From Epithemia pelagica (Eukaryota; Protista; Bacillariophyta): DNA of 64,000 nucleotides. The notes beneath the pieces were generated by a model. It was not told the DNA's origin. It saw only the letters and a list, made by a program, of their open reading frames with translations, and did no database searches. Each line of letters opens with the position of its first letter. Within the stretch, counting starts at the first letter, position 1. The translations under genes and the position numbers were made by a program. Location: the NCBI GenBank assembly GCA_946965045.2, contig OX337237.1, positions 1,302,001-1,366,000 of the forward strand. Direction: 5' to 3'. Below, in pieces: positions 21,401 to 31,252 of the stretch.

Positions 21401-21760
21401 ATGGCAACAACAGCAAATGGGTTGGTGGTACTGCAATTGACAACAACAACAACGACAACAAGACAGAAAAACCAACCTGTCAACCCGTACAAGCAAAATC
21501 AGCAACGGCCAACAACACTCCCCGATCAACAGCAATACCCCTTTGCATTCAACAGCAATCCCCATGGCTGGGGTGGTCTTCAATCCGTCCCGAGATGCAT
21601 GCCCACCTTTCCTCCATTCGGACCACCACCTCGTGTCCAAACCCAGTTCTGTTGCGTCAAGTACATGAAGTACTGCGTAGAACGAGGGAAAGGACGTCCA
21701 CCCCATGACCGACGCTGCCTCAAACGAGCCTTGAACAAGGCACCATCTTCATTCTCTTGA
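18429..21760 (+). pseudogene. Mutator-like (MULE/DUF6729-type) DDE transposase, split by a 1-bp frameshift at ~19275
   Basis: N-terminal CPICRAK...HRPHHPRC Zn motif. Restoring one base gives RSNF(S)KNKSLFPIFAMSGPP. Motifs AHDHTH (D), MYSDTWP (D), RLGLFHFIQR (position of C/DxxH) and RGESKLESFH (E). Family call from motif memory only. Confidence 0.65.
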
Positions 21761-23206
21761 TTGACCTGAATACCTGCATGACAAACAACAAAAAGAAAAA
21801 TTCGTAGTGAGTAACATCGTAGCAAAAAGAATTATGACAAGATCTTGTGCGAGGTGCAAGCAGTTCCGATTGTGATGCGAAGCACAGACTGGATACGCCT
21901 CATCACATGCTACGTAGAACCACGTGAAAGGTCATCGGATGGTCGGGAGGATTGTACCAGTGTAGAATGTCGTTTCAATAACAAAAAGGTGCTGAAACGA
22001 CATGAAGGGCTTAATAGTTTTGGAGGGGAAGTGCCTTCTCCCCTCTGAGGGAAGCTTGGAGCTTCCTAGAACATTTCATACGTCAGAGGAAACAAACGTG
22101 AGACTGCGAGCAATACGCGGATCGATTTCATGAAGGAATCTGACTTACGGAATCTCCTTCTTCTCTCCTTCTCTCTCCCCCTCCTCTCCCCCTCTCCTCT
22201 GCCTTCTCCCCCCCTATTTTCTCCCAAGGCTGGGAGGAACTGGACGGCAAGCGGACGTGCCGACGATGGACGGACGTTTCGAGTGACGTCGACCAGCACT
22301 GAGCCAAGAAGTGGTGGCTGAAAAGAAAGCAAATCCAAGCAGGGTTGTGAAGTAACTATATATGACATAGTGAATGGACTTAGCTACTTTCAAGTACTAT
22401 TTAAATTTATAGACGACTTTACTTAGTGATTAGCAAGTCACTGTAACACTTCCAGTGAATTTACTTAATGACTAGTAAGTCTACTACCCGTTGCTATAGA
22501 ATTTACTTAGAATTAATTCGTCAAGTCAATTCCCCCCGTCTCCCTCATTCGACTTAATAACATTACAGGCACGATGGAATTTGACTTTGACTTTAATACT
22601 AAATTCTTCATAATTCCCTGTTAATTCTCTGACTTAAACCGTTTAAGTCAAAGTGACTTAAGTCACATAATGCAAGACACAACTGTGCACTAATGGTTAA
22701 GGAATCGCTGTGCTTCTGCACTCTGCACTCTGTACTGTGTCTGCGCCAACTCTTCTGCACTCTGCACCTCTGCACCTCTGCACCTCTGCAAATTTGCAAT
22801 GTACAGAATGGCTTGTGTAAGCACGAACAAGAACAACATTGTATTCGAATCTCGATGTCGAGTTCGATACATAATTCACTGTCCCTATACTCTAATCAGA
22901 TTCCTAGAAGAGGAACTTGAAGGGCATCCTTCATCTGTATCTGAACCCGAGGAAATGGTTGACGAAGACAACGTCTTAGTGGATGCTATTTCCAATATAC
23001 TTCTAAGATGGCTAATGCGTTCGAACAAGACAATTACAATCAAGCAAGTGAATACTTTCATGTCAAGGACACACATCTGCCAAGTCAACAGCATCCCTTC
23101 CAACGAGGTCATAAAATAATTTTCCCTCGGTATTCTCGAAGCCACAGCTTCAGACAGTTCGCCATATACCATCAACTATGAAGTCCCAGAAGGAGCCAAT
23201 CCATAC

Positions 23207-24574
23207 ATGGAGATATTTTGTTTGCCTACATTCCACCGACAAGACTGTTCGACCTTCCTTACCACACTCTGTGCCGAATATACCCTGGACCAAAGAGATA
23301 CTTGCTCAATCTCACCACTCACCCACATAATGTCTTGGATGATTCGATCCGACACGCGATTCGTTGTGCAAACTCCAATCACGGTTGGCCAGGAAGGTCC
23401 CCTATTCAGATTTGTTCCCGATACCATTTTCCCTTTCATCGATATGTTCGAAAAGGAAGTTCTGTCCATAATCCAAGAACATGACAATCAAATCACTTCC
23501 CCTGGTGGGTCTCCGACCACCAAACCAAATAATTCATCCTCTCCATCCTCTTCCACACGCAAAACCACAACGAATACATCCTTGTTCCACCCATACTCTA
23601 CCCGGAAACGAACGAGACTAATTTCACAACTGATTCAATCCGCCTCCCGATCCAAAATAAAAATTCAATACAACAAACTAGGTTATGATTCGACGGAGAA
23701 GCGCCACATGCCTGGTGAACCACCGAAACTACTACCCCTCCGAAATGTATATCTGGCTCCTATTCCACCATTGGCTCCACAAATAAAGGAAAAACAACTC
23801 AATCTTCTTTCCGGTCTTCTTGATTTTCGGCAACACCTTCTCGATAAGAACATCATTTCCCCACGAGACAATTGGGAACGATGGATGGACGATTATCTCC
23901 ACAACCAATCGAACTCTGACGACATATCCCAACAACCAGACCGAGCTTTCATGTGCCTGATCATCATCATCATGAGTTCGAGTACGTCAGATGCACAACT
24001 CAGCAAAATTATCCCACGCCTTTTCTCCATTGGCCTCACATCTGCAACGGCTTGTTATGACATCGCATCCCGTTATGGCATGAATGCATTCTGTTCCATA
24101 ATTTCTGATGCTGGTCGCTACTACAACAATGCCGAAAGAATAGTCAACTCAGCTGACTATTTCATACAGCGCCACGATGGGATCATTCCGTCCAATATTT
24201 GCGCTCGCCAATTTGAACAGCTGATTGGGATTGGCCACAAAACTGTCATGATTGTTCTATCTTTGGCGTTTTCCCAAGATGAAGGAATACCCTGTGATAT
24301 TCATGTTTTCCGATGGTGTTTTCATTTGGAATGGACCCATGGCTACAAAATGGAGAGCGACTCTTTAAGATGTTCGCACCTTCTCACCTCATGGATTCCA
24401 CGAAACATATGGAAACAGATCAATCCCCTCTTTGGTTCCTTGGGCCAGCTCCTTCAATCCAATGAGACCCGACCCACTGTTTTATCAGCACTCGATTCCT
24501 ATAACGACACACATTCCGGTAATAATTTGAAGACACTGATTCCTATGATGGCAAACATTTATCAAAGATCTTAG
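23207..24574 (+). CDS. NTH1-like HhH-GPD DNA glycosylase, copy 2
   Basis: Protein identical to 2856-4223. Confidence 0.9.
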   Translation: MEIFCLPTFHRQDCSTFLTTLCAEYTLDQRDTCSISPLTHIMSWMIRSDTRFVVQTPITVGQEGPLFRFVPDTIFPFIDMFEKEVLSIIQEHDNQITSPGGSPTTKPNNSSSPSSSTRKTTTNTSLFHPYSTRKRTRLISQLIQSASRSKIKIQYNKLGYDSTEKRHMPGEPPKLLPLRNVYLAPIPPLAPQIKEKQLNLLSGLLDFRQHLLDKNIISPRDNWERWMDDYLHNQSNSDDISQQPDRAFMCLIIIIMSSSTSDAQLSKIIPRLFSIGLTSATACYDIASRYGMNAFCSIISDAGRYYNNAERIVNSADYFIQRHDGIIPSNICARQFEQLIGIGHKTVMIVLSLAFSQDEGIPCDIHVFRWCFHLEWTHGYKMESDSLRCSHLLTSWIPRNIWKQINPLFGSLGQLLQSNETRPTVLSALDSYNDTHSGNNLKTLIPMMANIYQRS

Positions 24575-24651
24575 TAAAACTTAACGGTTAATCATGCAAA
24601 CATGCAACTTCATTGCCTCATTGTTAGTGAATCATAAATGGAATAAGTGTA

Positions 24652-27600
24652 TCACGGCAGTGATTTAAGTGTGGTGTTGGAGCGGGTACGTTTGCTCGAT
24701 GGACTATGGGTTTTCTTGCTACTCGTATCCTTCCTTTTCCCATCTTGTTTCTTGCTCGTGCTTGCAATTTGTTTTTCACTTGCTTCAGGAGTTGAGAAAT
24801 CAGCGGCAACAGCCAGAGGAGTCGTGATGACGGGAGCATCCTTGGAAGTTCCCTCTATGGGTAAGTTGGCGTCGTCCTTCAACAGACCAACAGCCGTAGG
24901 ACTGATCGCAATGCCGGTAGATTCTACCTTTACTTCTTCCATTTGTTCCTTCAAGGCTTTCAACAATCCACAATCACCGTCATCTCCATCGTCTCCCTCA
25001 TCCTGGTCTTTGTCTTGCTCGTCGATAGGAATTTGAACGACCACAATGTCGTCTGCTTCTAGAGGAGGAGCAAGATCATCATCATTGTCTGTATCAGCGT
25101 AGAACTTCATCAATGTTGTTGTTTCTTCGGCTGTCGTGCTGTTTCCGGCTACTTCTGGATCGACCGGAACAGGTCTTGTTGTTGTCGTACTCTCCGCCAC
25201 TGAGACCGAATCTTGCCTGTCATTGTATTGGCTTGTTCCTTCATCCATAACCTTCTTCTTACCGAACTCTTGTAGTTCCATAGCGGCCTTCTGAATGGCC
25301 ATTGCCATTTGTAACTGTCGACCTTGCATCTGCCGCCCATGTTGGTCCAGGTCCACTGGTGTCGTCTTATTCTTCTCTTGAAACGGCAATTTCCCATCTT
25401 GTTCCGTGCTGGATAGCTGGTCTGTGGCCCCAGTGCTAATGTCTTGTGCTGGTGTAGTTTCCGCTGTTATATTGATCGGTTCACTTGATGTTCCGCTTCC
25501 TGTTCCACTACTTGTTCTTTGTCGCAACGGTGTTTCGGTAGTGCTTTCAGAAGCCACTGGTTGACTGGCTACTGCAACTGCAACACTTGCAGTGGCTTGG
25601 ACTTGGCTGCTTGTGCCGTCTCCCTTTGTGCCACTCTCGTCTATCGCAGTCATGTCGATCACTTCCTTTTTCTCTGTTTCTTCTTTCTCTATTTCGGCTT
25701 CTCTCTGAAGAATCAATTTGCGCAACGGCCTAGTCAACTTTTCCAAAGTTCGCATCTCGTTGTGTTTCTCATACATATTGCCCATTAATTTGTTCTGGTG
25801 ATACCAAGTGCTTGCAGAGAACACTCGTTCTTGAAAGGCATTAGTCGGAGGTTTGGTAAGCCAAATGAGAGCTGAAGGGAGCATGAAAGGATATTCCGAA
25901 CCATGAACCTTCCACCATTTCATGACGTCGAAATATCGTGCTATGCCAAGGTAGTAGTTGTCACGGCAGTGTTCATTGAACTCGTCCCATTCCAAACGCC
26001 CCCATTTCTGAGATTCCTCCTTGAATTCATCTGTCAAATACTTCTTGATCACCACCTCCCATCTATGATCAATCATAAGGTCACACAGTTTCTTGAAATC
26101 GGTCCAACATTGTTTGCATGCCTCGCGGAGGTCCGCAACAAGTTTTGCCTCTGCGCCAGCGTTACTGGCCTTGCCAGACAGTCCAAGCAAGTCCTGTTGT
26201 TTTTTCTCTCGTGCTTCTCTGATCTTGGCAAAGGCACTTGCCACCTTCGATTTTTTCTTAGGTTTTGCACTCGAGTTCGTAGTAGGTGTGGAGTCTGTTG
26301 TTCCCCCACTGTTGCCAGTCTGTTTTGCAAACACTGTACCAAGGCGCGAAACTCGTTTGTTCGAAAACTTGGCAACCATATCCTCCACAAACATCGTCTT
26401 AACACGGGAGATATCGTCGTCGTCATAGGCATCCAAATCTTTGAAGAGTCCTTCAAAAATATTGGCCAGGAGTGGGTTGCAGCACATGGCTTTCTCTGCA
26501 TCTTCGTCTTTTTCTTCGAGAACGTACGTCTTGTACTCTTTGATAATCCGACGGATGAGTTTCCGACTAGTCGAATGCAAGTCCTCAAAGGCAATTGGGT
26601 TGCGTTGTTCGTCCAGGTCATCCATGTTCTTTGTGGCATCCCACTTCTTGATTGGGTTGTCCAAATTTTCTTTCATGGGCAAGCATTCGATGTCCTCAAT
26701 TTCCATCAACTTGGCAACATGACGGGCACTGTACAACTCCAATAAGGACGCAGATGAAGAACCGGGAGCATCGACTTGGAGCGATAGAGACACTGCCTTT
26801 AGAGGGGATAGAATGGCTTCAAATTGGGAAAGAACTTCCCATACATCCGGATTGGGATAGCGGCGTTTGAAGCCTAGGTCTCCATTTATAGTACTTGCAG
26901 CGTATTCATCCATAATCCATTTGTTGCGAAGGAGGCCAATGATGAGTAGGATGCATCCAGATACCCTTGTTTCATTGGGGAGTGGAATCATGATGATCAC
27001 AGCTCCCATTTTGTTTGCGAAATCTTTGAAATTCTCCCATCGTTGTGGTGCTCGACTGCTCATGAGCCATGCAGCAAACTTCTTTGCAATACCATAGGCT
27101 TCAACAAATTCTGGATTGGCGTCGATGATAATCTTGTTTCTGCTTCGTTGTACCAAGCCGGTGGCATGTTTCAGAATCAGTTCGGCCTTGTGCATGTCAC
27201 ACTTGCCTTTACTGCCACTGCCACTCCCATGACGTGGAATGCCGAGAATGTACTTGCCTGCAAGCACGGCTGATGCCGTGTTGTCGTTTACAGAGGCGCA
27301 TAAGTCACTCTGAGAAAATCCGACTTGATTTAGTAGAGCGTGTGTCAACTTGGCGACATCGGCAGCCGAGTGACCTTGTATTTCAGCCAGGCCAATGGGA
27401 ATTCTATAAACTTCACAGTTTCTGGGATCTGTGAACATTATAGTGACACCCAGAATGTCGCCCCTGGGGCCGTTCCATATGTCGTGGCATAAGGTCCCAA
27501 AAGGTACGTTCTGCTTGCATAGCTTGTGATAAGCATTGCGAACGTTATTGCCAAGTTCTGACACGACGAAGAGGAACTCTTCATAAGAATTCAAGCGCAT

Positions 27601-28386
27601 TTTGGTGATCTCCCTTCGACTCATATTTTCAGCCTTGGAATCTTTGAGCTGGAGGCCATGGGAGGTTGCGAACTGAAGTAGTGACCGAAATTCTGGCTTC
27701 TCTACTGTCGATGCTGGTAGGCAGCAATCATTCACGAACTCATATATGAGTCGTCGGAATTCCTTGCGAATACCTGATCGTGTTACAATTTGATTCGTTG
27801 CATATTGGCCAAGAGTAGCCTGTGTGTCCGGTTTCTCGTCGTCAAACGTCAAATCTTGGTGACTCCCAGTTCGGTGCTGGGAGATATTGGAAGTTTTGCC
27901 AGAGCAACCGATGATGGATTTGGCCAAGGTTGTATCCGGATCGTGGAAGCAAACAGGGCATATGATGCAGAACCGACAGACATCTTGGTACTTGGCTAGC
28001 TTCTTCGATACAACCGGTTTCTTCCTGCCTTGTTGAGAAGGTTTTTTCTTCGGCCATAATTTCTTGATTACAACATGTTTGTAGGATTGGAATAAGCTGG
28101 TGACTCCCTTGTACATTGAGAAGTCTCGTTTCTCGTCAATGGATTCTTCGTGAAACTTGTCGAACTTTTCCCAATCGATGTGGATCCCCCATTTCCATAG
28201 AGGAGTAGGATTCTGAGTGAAAAATTCGGGAAGTGGGGAGGAAAGAATGGGAATGAGCTCCTTCTCCTGTTTGTATAGAGATTGGCGAGCCTTGATCTTG
28301 TTCGCCGTTGCAGTATCCAATGGTGGATCATCAGTCGAGCTTTTCTTGCTCGATGTTCGGCTCAACGACTTCCTCTTTGGAGCCAT
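24652..28386 (-). CDS. hAT transposase, copy 2
   Basis: Protein identical to copy 1. Confidence 0.92.
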   Translation of the reverse strand: MAPKRKSLSRTSSKKSSTDDPPLDTATANKIKARQSLYKQEKELIPILSSPLPEFFTQNPTPLWKWGIHIDWEKFDKFHEESIDEKRDFSMYKGVTSLFQSYKHVVIKKLWPKKKPSQQGRKKPVVSKKLAKYQDVCRFCIICPVCFHDPDTTLAKSIIGCSGKTSNISQHRTGSHQDLTFDDEKPDTQATLGQYATNQIVTRSGIRKEFRRLIYEFVNDCCLPASTVEKPEFRSLLQFATSHGLQLKDSKAENMSRREITKMRLNSYEEFLFVVSELGNNVRNAYHKLCKQNVPFGTLCHDIWNGPRGDILGVTIMFTDPRNCEVYRIPIGLAEIQGHSAADVAKLTHALLNQVGFSQSDLCASVNDNTASAVLAGKYILGIPRHGSGSGSKGKCDMHKAELILKHATGLVQRSRNKIIIDANPEFVEAYGIAKKFAAWLMSSRAPQRWENFKDFANKMGAVIIMIPLPNETRVSGCILLIIGLLRNKWIMDEYAASTINGDLGFKRRYPNPDVWEVLSQFEAILSPLKAVSLSLQVDAPGSSSASLLELYSARHVAKLMEIEDIECLPMKENLDNPIKKWDATKNMDDLDEQRNPIAFEDLHSTSRKLIRRIIKEYKTYVLEEKDEDAEKAMCCNPLLANIFEGLFKDLDAYDDDDISRVKTMFVEDMVAKFSNKRVSRLGTVFAKQTGNSGGTTDSTPTTNSSAKPKKKSKVASAFAKIREAREKKQQDLLGLSGKASNAGAEAKLVADLREACKQCWTDFKKLCDLMIDHRWEVVIKKYLTDEFKEESQKWGRLEWDEFNEHCRDNYYLGIARYFDVMKWWKVHGSEYPFMLPSALIWLTKPPTNAFQERVFSASTWYHQNKLMGNMYEKHNEMRTLEKLTRPLRKLILQREAEIEKEETEKKEVIDMTAIDESGTKGDGTSSQVQATASVAVAVASQPVASESTTETPLRQRTSSGTGSGTSSEPINITAETTPAQDISTGATDQLSSTEQDGKLPFQEKNKTTPVDLDQHGRQMQGRQLQMAMAIQKAAMELQEFGKKKVMDEGTSQYNDRQDSVSVAESTTTTRPVPVDPEVAGNSTTAEETTTLMKFYADTDNDDDLAPPLEADDIVVVQIPIDEQDKDQDEGDDGDDGDCGLLKALKEQMEEVKVESTGIAISPTAVGLLKDDANLPIEGTSKDAPVITTPLAVAADFSTPEASEKQIASTSKKQDGKRKDTSSKKTHSPSSKRTRSNTTLKSLP

Positions 28387-29264
28387 GGTTGGGCGCAAGA
28401 GGTGCAGGGTGCAAAGTGACAAAAGGGGGACGGTGGTGAAAGGATGCTGGCTGCTTGTCGTTCTAACTGTGAGGAGTGAGAAGTGAGGACACGACAAAAC
28501 AAGGCCAAGAGTCAAGGGTCATTCTGATAGGTGTTGGGGAAGAAGGTATGTGTAGGTCATCAGTTGATTGTTGTTTGTTTTGTCAGTTTCGAGGTGCTTT
28601 GTATGAAGAATACACGGTACACGGTGATTATCGGTGTGTCTGTACTTTAGGAGAATGGAATAACTGACTTAGGGAATTTTGGTAGAATGGAATAACTGAC
28701 TTAGGGAGTTTGGGTAAATGACTTACTATAATGACTTCAAGTAGGGAACTTTGGGCCTAATGGAAGAAGACTTGGGAATGACAAGTCGTCCGGTCATAGT
28801 GAATGAGATTGACTTGGGGAATGAAAGTCATGTAAATAACGAAGGAGACTTGACTTGAACAGAGTAAGTACTGGTGGTATAGAGTATAGAATAGAATAAG
28901 GAATTGTCATTCCGTATTCTACGGCATGAGGAATGGAATGGGACATGGGACTTGCAAAAAAGTGGCAAAATCAAGTCAAATTTGGTGTTGACTTTGGAAT
29001 TAGTGACTTATGACTTCACAACCCTGAATCCAAGGAATGATAGTTTATCGTGGGCGATGCAGTGATGCAAATAATCTGGTTTGAAGTTGTTACTCGTACT
29101 CTCGCAGGCCTCGATAAGTCTTCACTGCCCTGATGTCACTCAGAACAGGCTAAAGCAGACGGGCATACAATACATAAATTCTCCATCCCACACCGAACAC
29201 TAATGGTAAAGTAAATGGATGCCGACTAGGCTCTTGTAGGATTTTAAGGCCAATCTTGTCCCAT

Positions 29265-29378
29265 CAAGAAAGGCGACTGATATTAAGCGAATTTTGGGCG
29301 AGTAGCTAACCCATGAGGGACGCGTAGCTTAGAGCTCACTAATTTCAGTTTTTCACTTAGACGCATGATCGTAATTTG
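29265..29378 (+). repeat. 5' LTR
   Basis: CAAGAAAGGCGACTGATATTAAG...ACGCATGATCGTAATTTG, identical to the 3' LTR and to 8914-9027. Confidence 0.93.
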
Positions 29379-29818
29379 GTTTATCAGACCCAATGCAATA
29401 ACTAATGAGATGCTATACCCACCATGGCCTGGGAAGGTCGCGAAATATCTAGATCATTCGCTTGGAAGAATGACTGCCCAAGGTTGGACACCTGTACTCC
29501 CGTTCATCTCACTAATATCTCGCCTGCAACGGGGCTCGAGATGGATGAATGTGGTGTGTGGTCCGCGTATGCGCACACACCGGGCAATGGCGGACGCGCC
29601 GAACATCCTGCCGTTGGGGATGAAGCTATACGGACATGTTCATTACTTAAATGACGTGCGCCGTCCTAGCACACCATGCAAGCTCTCCAACTCCGATTCT
29701 ACCGCACGCTCGCAAGTAGAACTGAGACCATGACGTGTAAATTCCCCAAAGAAGAAGAAAACCTCACTTCGCTGGAAAGTCTGAACGAGTCCGAAAAAGA
29801 CAAAGAATCCTCGCAACC

Positions 29819-31246
29819 ATGGCAGCCGCCAATCCCATGCAACTGCTCAACGTCTACATGGACGTTGTATTGGGGATTACTGATCCAGCAGTTCGTACTG
29901 CAATCAACGGGCAAGGTCTAACCTCCGTCTATGATTTTGAGGCTCTTAGCGAAGCAGATGTCGCTGAAATTTGTACCAATGCCCGTAAACCAGGTGGCCT
30001 CATCCCGAACCCAGATCCAGCTGGTGTGCCAGCAATGATTGCTAATCCAGGAGTGCTCATTGGACACCTGGTCGAGAAGAAACTGAAGATGCTTCGTTAT
30101 TATATCGTGCATATCGGGAAAATAAACCGCACCTTCGCTGCGGTTCCGCCAACGATGAACGACCTGACTCTACTCTATCGATTCAAGGAAGCTGAAGACG
30201 AATACGATAATGATGTCGAACTACCTGGGAAACTCACCAGTGTAGACAATATTCGAGTTGTCCTAGAGGATTTGGACAATTACTTCGAACGCAAACGTGG
30301 AGTGAGTGGCATTCCACTTGCCGCATATGTACGAGCAAATCCTGTTGTCGAACCAGAAGCAACTGATCCGAATGGCTTTGGAACACCAACTATTCTCTCC
30401 GAGATGATTCGTCGAGCTTCACATGAAGGCCCAACAGCTACAACGGACATGGTTGCTGTATGGGAGACGATCCGCCATGTTACACATGATGGCCCTGGCT
30501 GGGGTTGGGTGATGTCTTTTGCACGCACCCGCAATGGACGAGCCGCTTATTTAGCTCTCAAATCCCACTATCTCGGTGATGCCTTTCAGTCACGTCTTCG
30601 GGCTAAGGCTGATCAAATCCTTGAGAGCACCTATTATGATGGGTCCAAGCGTAACTACACCTACGAGCGTTACATCGAAACTCTCCAACGAGCATTTACG
30701 GATCTCGAATCAACAGGAGAGACCGTAAGCGAAGAGCGAAAGGTGAGAATCCTGATGACAGGAACTTCTGACTCTCGCCTTGAGAGTGCCAAGAATCAAA
30801 TCCTGGCAACACCATTTCTGCGCTCTACCTTTGAGAATGCGTCAAATTTCCTTGCGGAAGTCCTTGATAGCAAGGTTTCCTATAGCGCAGCAAGTCGGAA
30901 ACAAGCAAGAATCTCTGGTGTATCTACTTCCACGCCCAACAAAGGTGGTGGAAAGAATAATAAGAAAAATGAAAACAAGAAAGAGAAAGAAATAACAGAC
31001 CGCTATTATAAACCCAACGAATGGGCTAAGCTCAGTGGCGAGGAACGTCAACGAGTACGCGACGCCAGAGAAAAGCGTGATAAACGAAGAGGAGTTGGGG
31101 CTATTTCCAGCAAGCCCAACAAGAAGCCTCGTCAAAATGACGGAGACGAAACACCCGACATTACGGATGAATCGTCTGAGAGCCACGATAACGACACAAA
31201 GGGTGTCGGCGCTATCATGAGCCAACGTAAAAGGAGAAGCGTTTGA
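29819..31246 (+). CDS. gag: Gag
   Basis: 475-aa ORF between LTR and pol. No CCHC knuckle; basic C-terminus with YYKPNEWAKLS motif. Confidence 0.85.
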   Translation: MAAANPMQLLNVYMDVVLGITDPAVRTAINGQGLTSVYDFEALSEADVAEICTNARKPGGLIPNPDPAGVPAMIANPGVLIGHLVEKKLKMLRYYIVHIGKINRTFAAVPPTMNDLTLLYRFKEAEDEYDNDVELPGKLTSVDNIRVVLEDLDNYFERKRGVSGIPLAAYVRANPVVEPEATDPNGFGTPTILSEMIRRASHEGPTATTDMVAVWETIRHVTHDGPGWGWVMSFARTRNGRAAYLALKSHYLGDAFQSRLRAKADQILESTYYDGSKRNYTYERYIETLQRAFTDLESTGETVSEERKVRILMTGTSDSRLESAKNQILATPFLRSTFENASNFLAEVLDSKVSYSAASRKQARISGVSTSTPNKGGGKNNKKNENKKEKEITDRYYKPNEWAKLSGEERQRVRDAREKRDKRRGVGAISSKPNKKPRQNDGDETPDITDESSESHDNDTKGVGAIMSQRKRRSV

Positions 31247-31252
31247 CACAGT

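Larger units (their letters stand above)
22340..29026. mobile_element. Complete hAT transposon with glycosylase cargo, copy 2
   Basis: Same TIRs. TSD AATCCAAG at 22332-22339 and 29027-29034. Confidence 0.95.
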
